Below, in pieces: positions 16,697 through 26,719 of a DNA stretch of 27,030 nt. This DNA comes from Gammaproteobacteria bacterium (GTDB lineage Bacteria > Pseudomonadota > Gammaproteobacteria > Eutrophobiales > Eutrophobiaceae). The position numbers were made by a program, and so were the translations under genes. How positions within the stretch are numbered: position 1 is the stretch's first letter; every line of letters begins with the position of its first letter. Below the pieces are notes generated by a model. The model saw only the letters and a program-made list of their open reading frames with translations, searched no databases and was not told the origin of the DNA. The stretch spans positions 247-27,276 of the forward strand of contig JBMZNW010000002.1 of the NCBI GenBank assembly GCA_049619915.1, read 5' to 3'.

Positions 16697-18061
16697 TTAA
16701 GAAACAAGAAAGATCGTCGCTAATCCTAAAAACGTCATAAACCCAACAACATCGGTTACTGTTGTTAATATCACCCCGCCTGCGATAGCTGGATCAATAC
16801 CATAACGTTTTAATAACATGGGTATTGATGCGCCTGCGAGTGCGGCTATAACCAGGTTTATTATCATTGATAAACCAATGATTAATCCGAGGAAGGGATT
16901 GTCGAACCAAAGGATAACGATACCCGCGACGACACAGGCCCAGAGTAAACCATTGAGAATGCCTACGGTAAGCTCTTTAATGATTAGCGGTTTAATATTA
17001 GTTTTTACAATTTGACCTAATGCGATGCCGCGTATAGCAATAGTTAAGGTTTGACTGCCGGCTATGCCGCCCATGCCTGCTACTACGGGCATGAGTACAG
17101 CAAGTGCTACGAGTTCTTGTATGGTGTCTTCAAAACGACCGATAACCCAGGCAGCGAGAAATGCAGTAATTAAATTTATACCAAGCCAGACTGCGCGGCG
17201 TTTTGTACTGGCGACGACAGGTGCAAACATATCATCATCACTACCGAGACCGGCCATGCTTCGGACAACATGTTCGGCTTCTTCTTGGATAACATCAACA
17301 ACGTCATCAATGGTGATACGGCCAAGCAATCGGTTTTCTTCATCGACAACCGCCGCAGAAAGAAGATCGCGTTGTTCAAATAGTTTTGCTACTTCTATAT
17401 TGGGTGTTTCTGCGGAAAGATAAGCTTCTTCTTCCATCCATTCTTTAACAAATGTTTCCGGCCCTCTCACTAACAGTTCGGTTAAAGGTAATACACCTAG
17501 GTAATGATTATCACGATCAACTACCATTAGATTATCTGTTTTTTCCGGTATTTCGCCGAGTAAGCGTAAGTATCTTGCAACGGTATCGAGCGATACATCG
17601 GCACGAACAGAGATAACATCAATGTTCATCAAGCCGCCGGCAGTATCTTCTGGATAAGTTAATACAGACTCAAGCCGTTGCCTGTGATGTTCATCCATTG
17701 ATAGTAGAACGGTGTCGGCAACATCTTCCGGAAGATCCTGCAAGATGTCAGCAGCATCATCCGCATCCAGGCCTTTCGTTGCATCAGCAACTTCAGCAGG
17801 ATGCATGTTTTCCAGAAATTCAGTACGAACAGTATCTTGCAGATGAGAAAGGACGTCGCCTTCAAGTTCGGCATCAACTAAGTTCCAGACATTGTCACGT
17901 TCTCGAACAGGCCGGCTTTCAATGACATCGGCAATTTCTGAAGGGTGTAAAGCCGAGATGGCATCACGGGCTAGATCAATATCACTTTGATCCAGTGCAT
18001 GATGTAATAAATCAATCGCTGTTGGCTCTGAATCTTGTTGTGTTGTTGTCTCGTCCATCAT
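16697..18061 (-). CDS. mgtE: Magnesium transporter MgtE
   Basis: 454 aa; LHPSEIAD N-domain, YPEDTAGGLM + CBS pair, GRITIDDV, GGIAGSQT, DPAIAGG...TTVTDVVGF with the Mg-binding Asp. Confidence 0.97.
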   Translation of the reverse strand: MMDETTTQQDSEPTAIDLLHHALDQSDIDLARDAISALHPSEIADVIESRPVRERDNVWNLVDAELEGDVLSHLQDTVRTEFLENMHPAEVADATKGLDADDAADILQDLPEDVADTVLLSMDEHHRQRLESVLTYPEDTAGGLMNIDVISVRADVSLDTVARYLRLLGEIPEKTDNLMVVDRDNHYLGVLPLTELLVRGPETFVKEWMEEEAYLSAETPNIEVAKLFEQRDLLSAAVVDEENRLLGRITIDDVVDVIQEEAEHVVRSMAGLGSDDDMFAPVVASTKRRAVWLGINLITAFLAAWVIGRFEDTIQELVALAVLMPVVAGMGGIAGSQTLTIAIRGIALGQIVKTNIKPLIIKELTVGILNGLLWACVVAGIVILWFDNPFLGLIIGLSMIINLVIAALAGASIPMLLKRYGIDPAIAGGVILTTVTDVVGFMTFLGLATIFLVS

Positions 18062-18145
18062 TAATACCCACGAATATTAATGAGAGTCTAACAGTGCTTT
18101 CAGTGTATAGCTAAATTGATAAAGAAATAAGCGATACAATTATCG

Positions 18146-19894
18146 TTATACTGTTTCCGCTTGAACTTCTTGTAACAATATTTTTATTTCAGCACCACTC
18201 GCCGCATTTAATATTTTCTTTGTTAAGTTTGTCAGTTCACTAATGTCAGTTTCGCTGATAATTTTTTTCACTTCCAGTAGTGATGCCGGATGAACACTAA
18301 ACTCTCTTAGTCCTAAGCCTAGTAATAACTTTGTATGTTCTATTTCGCCAGCCATCTCGCCACACATAGCAACCGGGATGTTTGCTTTTTGTCCGGCTTT
18401 AATCGTTGTTTGGATTAAACGTAACACCGCAGGATGTAGCGGGTCATATAAATAGTTTACTTCATCATTTACACGATCGATTGCCATCGTGTATTGAATC
18501 AAATCGTTTGTGCCGATAGATAGAAAATCGAGGTTCTTTGCAAAGATGTCTGCACAAATCGCTGCTGCCGGTACTTCGATCATGCCGCCGACTTCAATAT
18601 CCGGATCATAATCTATGCCTTCTGCATCAAGACTTTTCTTTAGCTCTTCGATGGTGACCAGAACCTGTTGCATTTCCTGAGTGTTAGTCAGCATGGGAAT
18701 CATGATACGCACAGGGCCAAAGGCTGATGCTCTAAGTATGGCGCGTAATTGTGGTTTAAATAGTTCAGGTTCTTTTAAACAAAGGCGTACAGCGCGTAAC
18801 CCCAGTGCCGGGTTTGATTTTACCGGGCCAGTTTGTTTGCCGGCACCATCGACTTGTTTATCTGCGCCTAGATCAAGTGTGCGAATTGTTAAAGGCAAAC
18901 CACGTAAAGCTTTAAGTACCGCGATATAAGTCTCAAGGTGCTCTTCTTCATCTGGAGGCGCATCGCGGTTCATATAAAGGAACTCAGTTCGATATAACCC
19001 AACGCCTTTTGCGCCAACATTTCTTACCGTCTCAAAATCTTTGGGTAACTCAATGTTAGCCATTAATTCAACAGGAACCTTGTCGGCTGATTTTGTTGGC
19101 GCATTTTTTAGTTTGTTTAGAGAAGAGTAGTAACGTTTTACTTCTCTTTGTTTCTTCTCATAATAGAGCTGTATTTTTTTATCTGGATTGATGAGTACGG
19201 TGCCGGAAGCACCATCAATAATGGCAAAGTCGTTATTTTTAATAATGCGTTGTGCATTATGTAAGCCAATTATCGCGGGAATACCTAGGCTTCTTGCAAG
19301 AATAGCCGTATGTGAAGTCGGGCCGCCAAACTCGGTAGCAAATGCTGCAATACCATAATGCTGCATTAACACGGTATCAGCGGGCATTAAATCATCTGCA
19401 ATAATAATTTTGTTTTTTAAATGATCGTCTGGTACTTCGTGCAGCAAAGGTTTTTCATTAAGCAAGATACGCAGAATTCGATTAACAACATGATCGACAT
19501 CATCTTTACGAGTGCTTAAATAAGCGTCTTCCATTTCATTGAAAACATTAACCAGTGCATCACGCTGTAACTTAAGTGCCCATTCAGCATTACATAAACG
19601 TTCTTTTATTATGCGTTTCGGTTCTTCTGTTAACGCATTATCTTCGAGCATTAATAAATGCGTATCGATAAATGCCGCAATGTCGACGGAAGTTGAAGTC
19701 GGGATATGATCGCGTATCGCTCTTAATTGCTGGCGAGCATTTGCGATAGCATCATTAAAGCGCGAAAGTTCTCGGGTAAGTTGTGAATTACTAATACTGT
19801 ATTCACGCACATCAAGCTGATCGTGTTGAATAATATGGACATGGCCAATGGCGATGCCACGAGAAACACTAACACCTTGTAGTGAGATCGTCAC
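18146..19894 (-). CDS. ptsI: Phosphoenolpyruvate-protein phosphotransferase (Enzyme I, no GAF domain)
   Basis: 582 aa; GGPTSHTAILARSLGIPA phospho-His motif, GVGLYRTEFL, NPALGLRAVR, SIGTNDLIQY, MCGEMAG. Confidence 0.96.
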   Translation of the reverse strand: MTISLQGVSVSRGIAIGHVHIIQHDQLDVREYSISNSQLTRELSRFNDAIANARQQLRAIRDHIPTSTSVDIAAFIDTHLLMLEDNALTEEPKRIIKERLCNAEWALKLQRDALVNVFNEMEDAYLSTRKDDVDHVVNRILRILLNEKPLLHEVPDDHLKNKIIIADDLMPADTVLMQHYGIAAFATEFGGPTSHTAILARSLGIPAIIGLHNAQRIIKNNDFAIIDGASGTVLINPDKKIQLYYEKKQREVKRYYSSLNKLKNAPTKSADKVPVELMANIELPKDFETVRNVGAKGVGLYRTEFLYMNRDAPPDEEEHLETYIAVLKALRGLPLTIRTLDLGADKQVDGAGKQTGPVKSNPALGLRAVRLCLKEPELFKPQLRAILRASAFGPVRIMIPMLTNTQEMQQVLVTIEELKKSLDAEGIDYDPDIEVGGMIEVPAAAICADIFAKNLDFLSIGTNDLIQYTMAIDRVNDEVNYLYDPLHPAVLRLIQTTIKAGQKANIPVAMCGEMAGEIEHTKLLLGLGLREFSVHPASLLEVKKIISETDISELTNLTKKILNAASGAEIKILLQEVQAETV

Positions 19895-20160
19895 TCTCCC
19901 TCTCCAAACCTGTCGTTGATTAGGTCTTCAAGTGCTGCCATCGCAGCATCTTCCTGCGGGCCGACTGTTTTTATCTCAATCGTTGAGCCTTTGCCTGCGG
20001 CCAGCATCATGATGCCCATAATGCTTTTGCCGCTAACCTCCTTATGTCCAGTATGAACAGTGATTTCACAAGGAAAAGCCGAAGCGGTCTTAACAAATTT
20101 TGCCGCTGCTCTTGCATGTAACCCTAACTTATTAATTATAGTTATTTCTTTTTGGTTCAT
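19891..20160 (-). CDS. ptsH: HPr-family phosphocarrier (HPr/NPr)
   Basis: 89 aa; GLHARAA (His15) and GKSIMG (Ser46 equivalent). Confidence 0.93.
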   Translation of the reverse strand: MNQKEITIINKLGLHARAAAKFVKTASAFPCEITVHTGHKEVSGKSIMGIMMLAAGKGSTIEIKTVGPQEDAAMAALEDLINDRFGEGE

Positions 20161-20555
20161 TTTTTCTCACCTTGAGAAATAGTAATGCCATCAATGCCGC
20201 CGCTATAAGCTTTTTCTGTTAATTCGTTTAATCCCAGTTGCGGATAATTAAAGATACGGATTAACATTGACAAATTAATGCCAGTAATGATATTCACTTT
20301 ATCATGTCTGTTCAGGCGGTGTGCAATATTACTCGGCGTAGATCCGATTAGATCGGTTAAAACCAGCACGCCATCGCCATCATCAACAGCATCAAAGTAT
20401 TCATTTGCCGTTTTAAGTAGTTCATCAGGATCGCATTGACGGCTGGCAGATAGAAACCGCGCTTTCAGTGGCTTGTTTTCTATCATATGGTTTACTGCTT
20501 CGAGTAAAGCGCTGCCTATGCCATCGTGCGTTATTATTAATACTCCTACACTCAT
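20157..20555 (-). CDS. Stand-alone PTS EIIA component, mannose/fructose family
   Basis: 132 aa; IITHDGIG phospho-His, VLVLTDLIGSTPSN, GINLSML. Confidence 0.9.
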   Translation of the reverse strand: MSVGVLIITHDGIGSALLEAVNHMIENKPLKARFLSASRQCDPDELLKTANEYFDAVDDGDGVLVLTDLIGSTPSNIAHRLNRHDKVNIITGINLSMLIRIFNYPQLGLNELTEKAYSGGIDGITISQGEKK

Positions 20556-20557
20556 AA

Positions 20558-21424
20558 TTATAAATCTCGATGCCTTATCATGACTTGTTTCTCTGAGTCA
20601 TTAAATTTTTTCGCAAGTTGTTCAACAATAAATACGGAACGATGATGACCGCCTGTGCAGCCAAACGCAATACTTAAATAGCTTCGATTATCTGCTTCAA
20701 AACTGGGTATCCAGCGTTTAAGAAACTGCTCAAGATCATTCATCATCTCAATAGCGTCATTTTGCTTCGATAAAAACTCAATAACGGGTTGGTCTTTTCC
20801 TGAATATTTTCTTAAGTCTTTATTCCAGTAAGGGTTAGGCAAACAGCGTAAATCAAAAACAAAGTCTGCATCTTTGGGTAAACCATTCTTAAAGCCGAAA
20901 GACATGAATTGTAAAGAAAGCTTGGTATCTTTGCGTTGATCTATACGTTGTCGAACAATATTACGTAATTCGTGAAGCTGCATATAGCTGGTGTCTATTC
21001 GTAAGTCTGATGCTTCTGCGAGTGCGCCAATAATGTCTCTTTCTTGTTGAATGGCATCGCTTAATGAAACGGTTTCTGACGAAAGTGGATGCTTCCTTCT
21101 GGTTTCACTAAAACGTCTGGTTAAAACATCATCGTTCGCTTCTATAAAAATTAATTCAGATCGAATATTTTTATCTTCCAGCTTTTTGATCGTTTCTGGC
21201 AGAAAAGAAAAGTCTTCAAGGCTGTTACGTGCATCAATACCAATGGCAATATGTTTCGGCAGCGTGTTATTTTCTTCTGAAAATTGTTCTATAAGTTCAT
21301 TAAGCAGACTAACGGGTAAATTATCAATAGCATAGAAAGAAAGATCTTCCAGTGTATTTAATACCACTGTTTTTCCTGCACCAGAAATTCCGCTGACAAC
21401 AATAAGGCGACGCTCCTGATTCAT
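20558..21424 (-). CDS. rapZ: RNase adapter RapZ (YhbJ family P-loop protein)
   Basis: 288 aa; SGISGAGKT, DNLP, RRFSETRRKHPL, SFGFKNG, DLRCLPNPYW, GCTGGHHRSV. Confidence 0.96.
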   Translation of the reverse strand: MNQERRLIVVSGISGAGKTVVLNTLEDLSFYAIDNLPVSLLNELIEQFSEENNTLPKHIAIGIDARNSLEDFSFLPETIKKLEDKNIRSELIFIEANDDVLTRRFSETRRKHPLSSETVSLSDAIQQERDIIGALAEASDLRIDTSYMQLHELRNIVRQRIDQRKDTKLSLQFMSFGFKNGLPKDADFVFDLRCLPNPYWNKDLRKYSGKDQPVIEFLSKQNDAIEMMNDLEQFLKRWIPSFEADNRSYLSIAFGCTGGHHRSVFIVEQLAKKFNDSEKQVMIRHRDL

Positions 21425-22392
21425 TGTTCGCCTTCGTCTATCATTTTTTGTTGTCGTTTGGCAAAAGCTTCAGGGGCATAATAACCGCTATCACGTAAAA
21501 TATGGTTACGTGCCGCACATTCCAACATGACAGATAAGTTGCGACCCGGCGCAACAGGTAATGTTATCTGTGGGACATCTATATCAAGAATGCTTCTTGT
21601 TATATAAGTACCTTCAAGTCTATCCAGACTTAATTGATCTTTTTTACTCATCGGTTCAAGTTGAACAATTAACTTAAGATATTTGTTTTGCTTTATAGCG
21701 CTGTCGCCAAATAGTTCGCGTACATTAATAATGCCCAGACCTCGAACTTCAAGAAAATCCTGTAAAGTTTTCGGACAGGTACCATTAATAATATCAGGCG
21801 TAATTCTGGAAAACAGTGGTGCATCGTCTGCGATTAAACGATGGCCTCGTGAGATTAATTCCAGAGCTAGTTCGCTTTTTCCTATGCCGCTTGGCCCGGT
21901 AATTAAAACACCGATAGCCATGACTTCCATGTAAACACCGTGCATGGTTAACATATCGGCAAAGAGGTTACTTAAAAAGTAATGCAGGGTGTCGCCTAAC
22001 TTGCTGCTATTTTTTTTCGATGAAAATAATGCAATATTATTCTCATCGCTTTTTTGCTTTAATAAGTCTGAGACTTCACAGCCGTCAGAGACAATGACAC
22101 AAACAGGCTTGCTCTGAAATAATTGAGATATTGCATCCTGCATGGAAATATCCCTCAATCCCTCAAGGTAGCTAATTTCGACTTTACCAATAATCTGTAT
22201 CTGATGAGGATGAATTAGATTAAGGTGACCGACTAATGAAGGGTTGCCCGACGTTCTTGAGCTAGCTTGTTCTTCGTCACGGACAATAACTCTGTTTTTT
22301 CCTGCTTGACCTGCTATCCACTCAAGCCCCAGCTTATCACGATGAATATTAAATAGTTCTTCTACGCTTAACTGGTTAGAGAGTCCGGTCAT
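21421..22392 (-). CDS. hprK: HPr(Ser) kinase/phosphorylase
   Basis: 323 aa; MHGV, Walker A GPSGIGKSELALELI, HRLIADD, LEVRGLGII, PVAPGRN. Confidence 0.96.
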   Translation of the reverse strand: MTGLSNQLSVEELFNIHRDKLGLEWIAGQAGKNRVIVRDEEQASSRTSGNPSLVGHLNLIHPHQIQIIGKVEISYLEGLRDISMQDAISQLFQSKPVCVIVSDGCEVSDLLKQKSDENNIALFSSKKNSSKLGDTLHYFLSNLFADMLTMHGVYMEVMAIGVLITGPSGIGKSELALELISRGHRLIADDAPLFSRITPDIINGTCPKTLQDFLEVRGLGIINVRELFGDSAIKQNKYLKLIVQLEPMSKKDQLSLDRLEGTYITRSILDIDVPQITLPVAPGRNLSVMLECAARNHILRDSGYYAPEAFAKRQQKMIDEGEQ

Positions 22393-22396
22393 AGGT

Positions 22397-22843
22397 TTAT
22401 CCTGTCAGAATAGAATACATTTCTGTTGATGAGTCGGATTGCCGAAGTTTATCGAGAATGCTTGTATTACTAAACATTTCAGCCAGTTTAGCCAGCGTTT
22501 GTAAATGTTCTTCCGTTGAGTCTTCCGGAACAATTAGAGCAAAAAGTAAATCAACTGGCGCATTATCTACAGCGTCATAATCAATCGCTGATTCAAGTTG
22601 AATAAATGCCGCCAGTGTTTTCTTTCCATTTTTTAATCTGCCATGTGGTATCGCGATACCGTTACCAAGTCCGGTGCTGCCCAGGCGTTCTCTGGCTAAA
22701 AGGCAATCAAACACTTCGGTTTGCGAGATTGAGTTATCGGAATTGGCAATGGTTTTTGCCAGTGTGTCCAAAGCATCCTTTTTACTATGGCAGTCCATGT
22801 CAGAAAATACGCACTCAGGCGATAAAATATCTGAAATATTCAT
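22397..22843 (-). CDS. ptsN: PTS EIIA(Ntr)
   Basis: 148 aa; RERLGSTGLGNGIAIPHGR, D..PVDLLFAL.VP, HL..LA.LAEMF. Confidence 0.95.
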   Translation of the reverse strand: MNISDILSPECVFSDMDCHSKKDALDTLAKTIANSDNSISQTEVFDCLLARERLGSTGLGNGIAIPHGRLKNGKKTLAAFIQLESAIDYDAVDNAPVDLLFALIVPEDSTEEHLQTLAKLAEMFSNTSILDKLRQSDSSTEMYSILTG

Positions 22844-22878
22844 TCTTTTGTTGCTGACAGTAAAAAAACTAAAAGAGC

Positions 22879-23205
22879 TTAATCGAGGCTCTGATCTTTT
22901 AAACCGCTTTCTCCTCTATGATGATCTTTTAATTTTTCTTTATGTTTTTTTAACTGTCTATCCAGTTTGTCGATTAGGCCATCGATAGCAGCGTACATAT
23001 CTTCTTGCTCGTTATCAGCAAACAGATTGCCACGATTAACGTGTACTGTTGCTTCTGCTTTTTGGCGTTCTTTTTCTACGCTTAATATGACATGCGTATT
23101 ATTAATATGTTCGAAGTGTCTTTCGAGTTTTTGAAATTTGTTTTCTACATAGGCTTTTAATGAGTCTGTTACATCAACATGTCTACCGGTTACATCGATT
23201 TGCAT
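22879..23205 (-). CDS. hpf: Ribosome hibernation promoting factor (short HPF/RaiA family)
   Basis: 108 aa; MQIDVTGRH, DMYAAID.L.DKLDRQ; strong AGGAG SD; follows rpoN. Confidence 0.95.
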   Translation of the reverse strand: MQIDVTGRHVDVTDSLKAYVENKFQKLERHFEHINNTHVILSVEKERQKAEATVHVNRGNLFADNEQEDMYAAIDGLIDKLDRQLKKHKEKLKDHHRGESGLKDQSLD

Positions 23206-23234
23206 AATGTCTCCTTATAAATAGTTATTATTAT

Positions 23235-24713
23235 TTAAGCCAGTCTTTTACGTTCATTCGAAGGCGGTATCGCCATCGCTTCTCTGTACTTAGCTACGGT
23301 ACGTCTTGCTACATTAATCCCTTGTTCTTCAAGTACGGCTGCAATTTTGTTATCGCTTAAAGGTTTATCTGGTGTTTCTGCGCTAATGAGTTTTTTAATT
23401 AATGCTCGAATCGCTGTTGATGAACAAGCGCCGCCATAACTAGTGCTAACATGACTTGAGAAAAAATATTTTAATTCAAATATGCCACGCGGGGTATGCA
23501 TATATTTTCGTGTTGTCACGCGTGAAATAGTTGATTCATGCATGCCTAATGTTTCAGCAACATCATGCAGCACTAATGGCTTCATCGCTTCTTCACCATA
23601 ATCAAGAAATGCACGTTGTCTTTCTACAATACAACTTGCAACGCGAAGCAATGTTTCACTTCGACTACGAAGGCTTTTAATAAACCAGCGTGCTTCCTGT
23701 AAATGCGATTTCAATGAATTATTGTCGTCGCTATTATCAGCGCGACGGATCATGTTTGCATAAACGGAGTTTATTTTCAGATTAGGAATAGAGTCGGTAT
23801 TCAAGTCCACCTTCCACATGCCTTTTTCTTTTTTAACGTAAACATCTGGAACAACGTATTCAGTATGCGCTTCGCTAACCGTGTTGCCGGGTCGCGGGTT
23901 CATTGATTGAATTAAAGCAACAACTTCTGTGAGTTCTGCCTTATCCAGTTTCATTTTACGCATGAGCTGGTTGTAGTCATGGCTGGCAAGCAGATCAAGA
24001 TAGTTTTGTACCAGTTTTTTTGCTTCATCTAAACGATGTACATCAACATCACATTGATTCAACTGTAGCGTTAAGCATTCTTTAATATCTCTTGAGCCAA
24101 CACCTACCGGATCCATTGCCTGAATCATTCTTAGTACAGCTTCAACTTCTTCTACACCAACCTCTTCTTCTTCCAAGTCATTGTCATCTATCGCAGCAAG
24201 AATCTCTTCTAACGACTCGGTTAAATAACCGTCATCATCAAGCGAGTCTATGATCGCCATCGCAATAACTTTGTCGGCATCCGATGTGGGCGTTAAATTA
24301 AGTTGCCATAGTAGGTGTTCATGCAAGCTTTTTTCGCTGCTGTCCTGATTTTCAAAACCATCATAGGTATTTTCAGAACTGGCTTTTGTGTAACTACCGG
24401 TATTATCAAATACATCTTCCCAGCCGCTATCAACAGGTAATTCGTCTGGCAAGGTTTCCTGGTTCATCTCAGGAGTTTGATCGGGTTGATCTTCGCTTTC
24501 CTTTTTATCTTTTACTTCTTCATTTTTTATTGCACTGCTGTCTTCAGAAGCTGCTGCACCTTCATCTACTTCCAGCATCATGTTCGATTCAAGTGCATCT
24601 TGAATTTCTGTTTGTAATTCCATGCTGGATAATTGCAACAACCGAATTGCTTGCTGCAATTGGGGTGTCATTGTTAGGCTTTGGCCTAATTTTAATTGTA
24701 ATGAAGCTTTCAT
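23235..24713 (-). CDS. rpoN: RNA polymerase sigma-54 factor
   Basis: 492 aa; Q/L-rich region I ([14 protein letters not shown]), HESTISR helix-turn-helix, RpoN box [10 protein letters not shown]. Confidence 0.99.
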   Translation of the reverse strand: MKASLQLKLGQSLTMTPQLQQAIRLLQLSSMELQTEIQDALESNMMLEVDEGAAASEDSSAIKNEEVKDKKESEDQPDQTPEMNQETLPDELPVDSGWEDVFDNTGSYTKASSENTYDGFENQDSSEKSLHEHLLWQLNLTPTSDADKVIAMAIIDSLDDDGYLTESLEEILAAIDDNDLEEEEVGVEEVEAVLRMIQAMDPVGVGSRDIKECLTLQLNQCDVDVHRLDEAKKLVQNYLDLLASHDYNQLMRKMKLDKAELTEVVALIQSMNPRPGNTVSEAHTEYVVPDVYVKKEKGMWKVDLNTDSIPNLKINSVYANMIRRADNSDDNNSLKSHLQEARWFIKSLRSRSETLLRVASCIVERQRAFLDYGEEAMKPLVLHDVAETLGMHESTISRVTTRKYMHTPRGIFELKYFFSSHVSTSYGGACSSTAIRALIKKLISAETPDKPLSDNKIAAVLEEQGINVARRTVAKYREAMAIPPSNERKRLA

Positions 24714-24771
24714 ATTAATAAGTGTAACTTAAAATTTCGTTTTTTGTTGCAACGCCAAAAAAACTAAATAA

Positions 24772-25497
24772 TCACAGTGAAAATTCATCTCCCAAGTAAA
24801 CTTCCCTGACTTGTTCGTTATTTAATATTTGTTCTGTTGTTCCCTCCGCAAGAATCTTGCCATCATGCACAACATAGGCGCGATCACAGATTCCCAATGT
24901 TTCGCGGACGTTATGATCAGTAATTAATATGCCGATTCCGTGATCACAAAGACGGTGGATCAGCCGCTGTATATCATTGATTGATATAGGATCTATGCCC
25001 GCAAATGGTTCATCTAACAACAAAAAACGTGGTTCTGAGGCCAGTGCTCTGGCAATTTCCAGTCTGCGCCGTTCACCTCCCGATAAGCTCATGCCTAAAT
25101 TATCTCTGAGATGGGTGATGTGGAACTCTTGCATCAATAATTCCAGCCGTTGTTTGGCTTTTTCCGGATTATCGGGCAAACGTGTTTCAAGAATCGCCAT
25201 GATATTTTCTTCAACCGTCAATTTTCTGAACACGGATGCTTCTTGAGGTAGATAACCGAGGCCGAGATGAGAACGCTCATCCATAGATAAGCGGCTGATT
25301 TCACGATTGTCGAGATGGATTGTGCCATTATCGGAAGGCACCAGGCCGACTATCATATAAAAGCTGGTTGTCTTACCGGCACCATTGGCACCAAGTAGAC
25401 CAATAGTTTCGCCACTTTGAACAGTCAGGCTAACATCCGAGACTACCTTTCTAGAGCGATAGCTTTTGGATAAATGGCGTACTGATAAAATACTCAT
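24772..25497 (-). CDS. lptB: LPS export ABC transporter ATPase LptB
   Basis: 241 aa; [52 protein letters not shown]. Confidence 0.97.
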   Translation of the reverse strand: MSILSVRHLSKSYRSRKVVSDVSLTVQSGETIGLLGANGAGKTTSFYMIVGLVPSDNGTIHLDNREISRLSMDERSHLGLGYLPQEASVFRKLTVEENIMAILETRLPDNPEKAKQRLELLMQEFHITHLRDNLGMSLSGGERRRLEIARALASEPRFLLLDEPFAGIDPISINDIQRLIHRLCDHGIGILITDHNVRETLGICDRAYVVHDGKILAEGTTEQILNNEQVREVYLGDEFSL

Positions 25498-25585
25498 GCA
25501 ATGTATTAGAAAATAAATTAGTGATGTTCACTAATTAATGTTTTTACAAAATTGTCCTTTAAAAATTATAGTTCTTGTCTGAACT

Positions 25586-26128
25586 TTATTCTTGTTTTTT
25601 CTTTTTAATAGTTATCTTAACTCGGCCGTCTTTTGTCTTGCCGGTTTTGCCTTTATCACCTTTTGCTGTTGTGCCCGAGCCTTTTGCAATAACTTTACTT
25701 AATACCGTGTCGTAGTCTATACGTTTACCGCTCAATGTTGAGCCATCGGGTTTTGTCACCAATGCTTTTTCTTTCAGGATAACGTAATCCTTTAAAGCAT
25801 AATACTCCATTTGTAATGCTTCGGCCTCATCATAGTTTTTACTATTATCTGGTAATTGTCGGTATGTAGCCGGCGTGCCTTGCATGATGACCAGCTCCAT
25901 ATCGCCATTGTCATCGAAATGAACTGTCATAGTGTGCCCGGTCATACGGATACTGCCTTGAACAACGACAACATCGCCGCGGTAAATAGTAATACCATTT
26001 AAATCATCTATGTCTGCTGTGTCAGCTTCAATTTCGATATCCTGTTCCTTATCTGTCGACAAGGCATAGGCGTTATTCATCGCCAATATAAAAACTGTGC
26101 TTAATAAGTATTTAAATAGTTTATTCAC
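25586..26128 (-). CDS. lptA: LPS transport periplasmic protein LptA
   Basis: Signal peptide then LSTDKEQDIEIEAD, YRGDVVVVQG, GTPA.Y.Q, GRVKITI. The ORF track start (26164) lies inside lptC; GTG at 26126-26128 (8-nt overlap with the lptC end) gives a 180-aa protein beginning with the signal peptide. Confidence 0.9.
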   Translation of the reverse strand: MNKLFKYLLSTVFILAMNNAYALSTDKEQDIEIEADTADIDDLNGITIYRGDVVVVQGSIRMTGHTMTVHFDDNGDMELVIMQGTPATYRQLPDNSKNYDEAEALQMEYYALKDYVILKEKALVTKPDGSTLSGKRIDYDTVLSKVIAKGSGTTAKGDKGKTGKTKDGRVKITIKKKKQE

Positions 26129-26699
26129 TTGGTGGTGTACTCGATTCAATTGTAGTTCGTACATTACTCAAAAACTCCAGTCGTTGTTCTTGCAAATAAG
26201 CGCGCATGCCTACAGCAGTCGTTGTTGATTTTCCGTTAATCAAAGTTGTTGGATTATCTGTTTCAGCGTATTTTTCAGCAACCAATACTTTTGCGTCTTC
26301 TGCTAATAGTTCTGTTTTTAATTTTCCATAATCATCATTTTGATATAAATAAACATTTCCTTTTAATAAGATGACTTCATTATTAGATGTTACCCAGCCT
26401 AGGTCAGATCGGACATTGATGGGTTGTTTGTTTTCACTAAAAATTTCCAGCTTCGGTTGGTGTAACTCCGATGTATTGTCATCAGGGTAATGTGCCATAT
26501 AGTTTGCATAGAGCCTGTTTTTCGGCGTGCCATCCTGGTTCATTGTTATGGTTGTAAAGTTTTCCATATAATAGTCGGGATAATGCGCAAGCTTACTCAG
26601 TTCCGTCAGATCATCTTCAGTTAATTTATCCAATGCCCAATAGCTAATCCCGGCAATAACAACCAGTATTAATGCTAACTTCCATCGGCCTGTAAACAT
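26121..26699 (-). CDS. lptC: LPS export periplasmic protein LptC
   Basis: 192 aa; single N-terminal TM, PDYYMENF, G.V...., AETD.P, GMRAYL; between kdsC and lptA. Confidence 0.9.
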   Translation of the reverse strand: MFTGRWKLALILVVIAGISYWALDKLTEDDLTELSKLAHYPDYYMENFTTITMNQDGTPKNRLYANYMAHYPDDNTSELHQPKLEIFSENKQPINVRSDLGWVTSNNEVILLKGNVYLYQNDDYGKLKTELLAEDAKVLVAEKYAETDNPTTLINGKSTTTAVGMRAYLQEQRLEFLSNVRTTIESSTPPSE

Positions 26700-26719
26700 T
26701 TAACGCTGTCCAGATAGCT

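Noticed and set aside
18132-18145. cgata-caat-tatcg hairpin after ptsI as an intrinsic terminator
   Set aside because: A 5-bp AT-rich stem with an interrupted U-tract is too weak to call.
24181-24600. Acidic low-complexity stretches in RpoN
   Set aside because: Acidic, variable region II and adjacent segments are a normal feature of sigma-54.
24714-24771. ttggcgttgcaa upstream of rpoN as a possible sigma-54 autoregulatory site
   Set aside because: The GG and GC dinucleotides are not separated by the required 10 nt.
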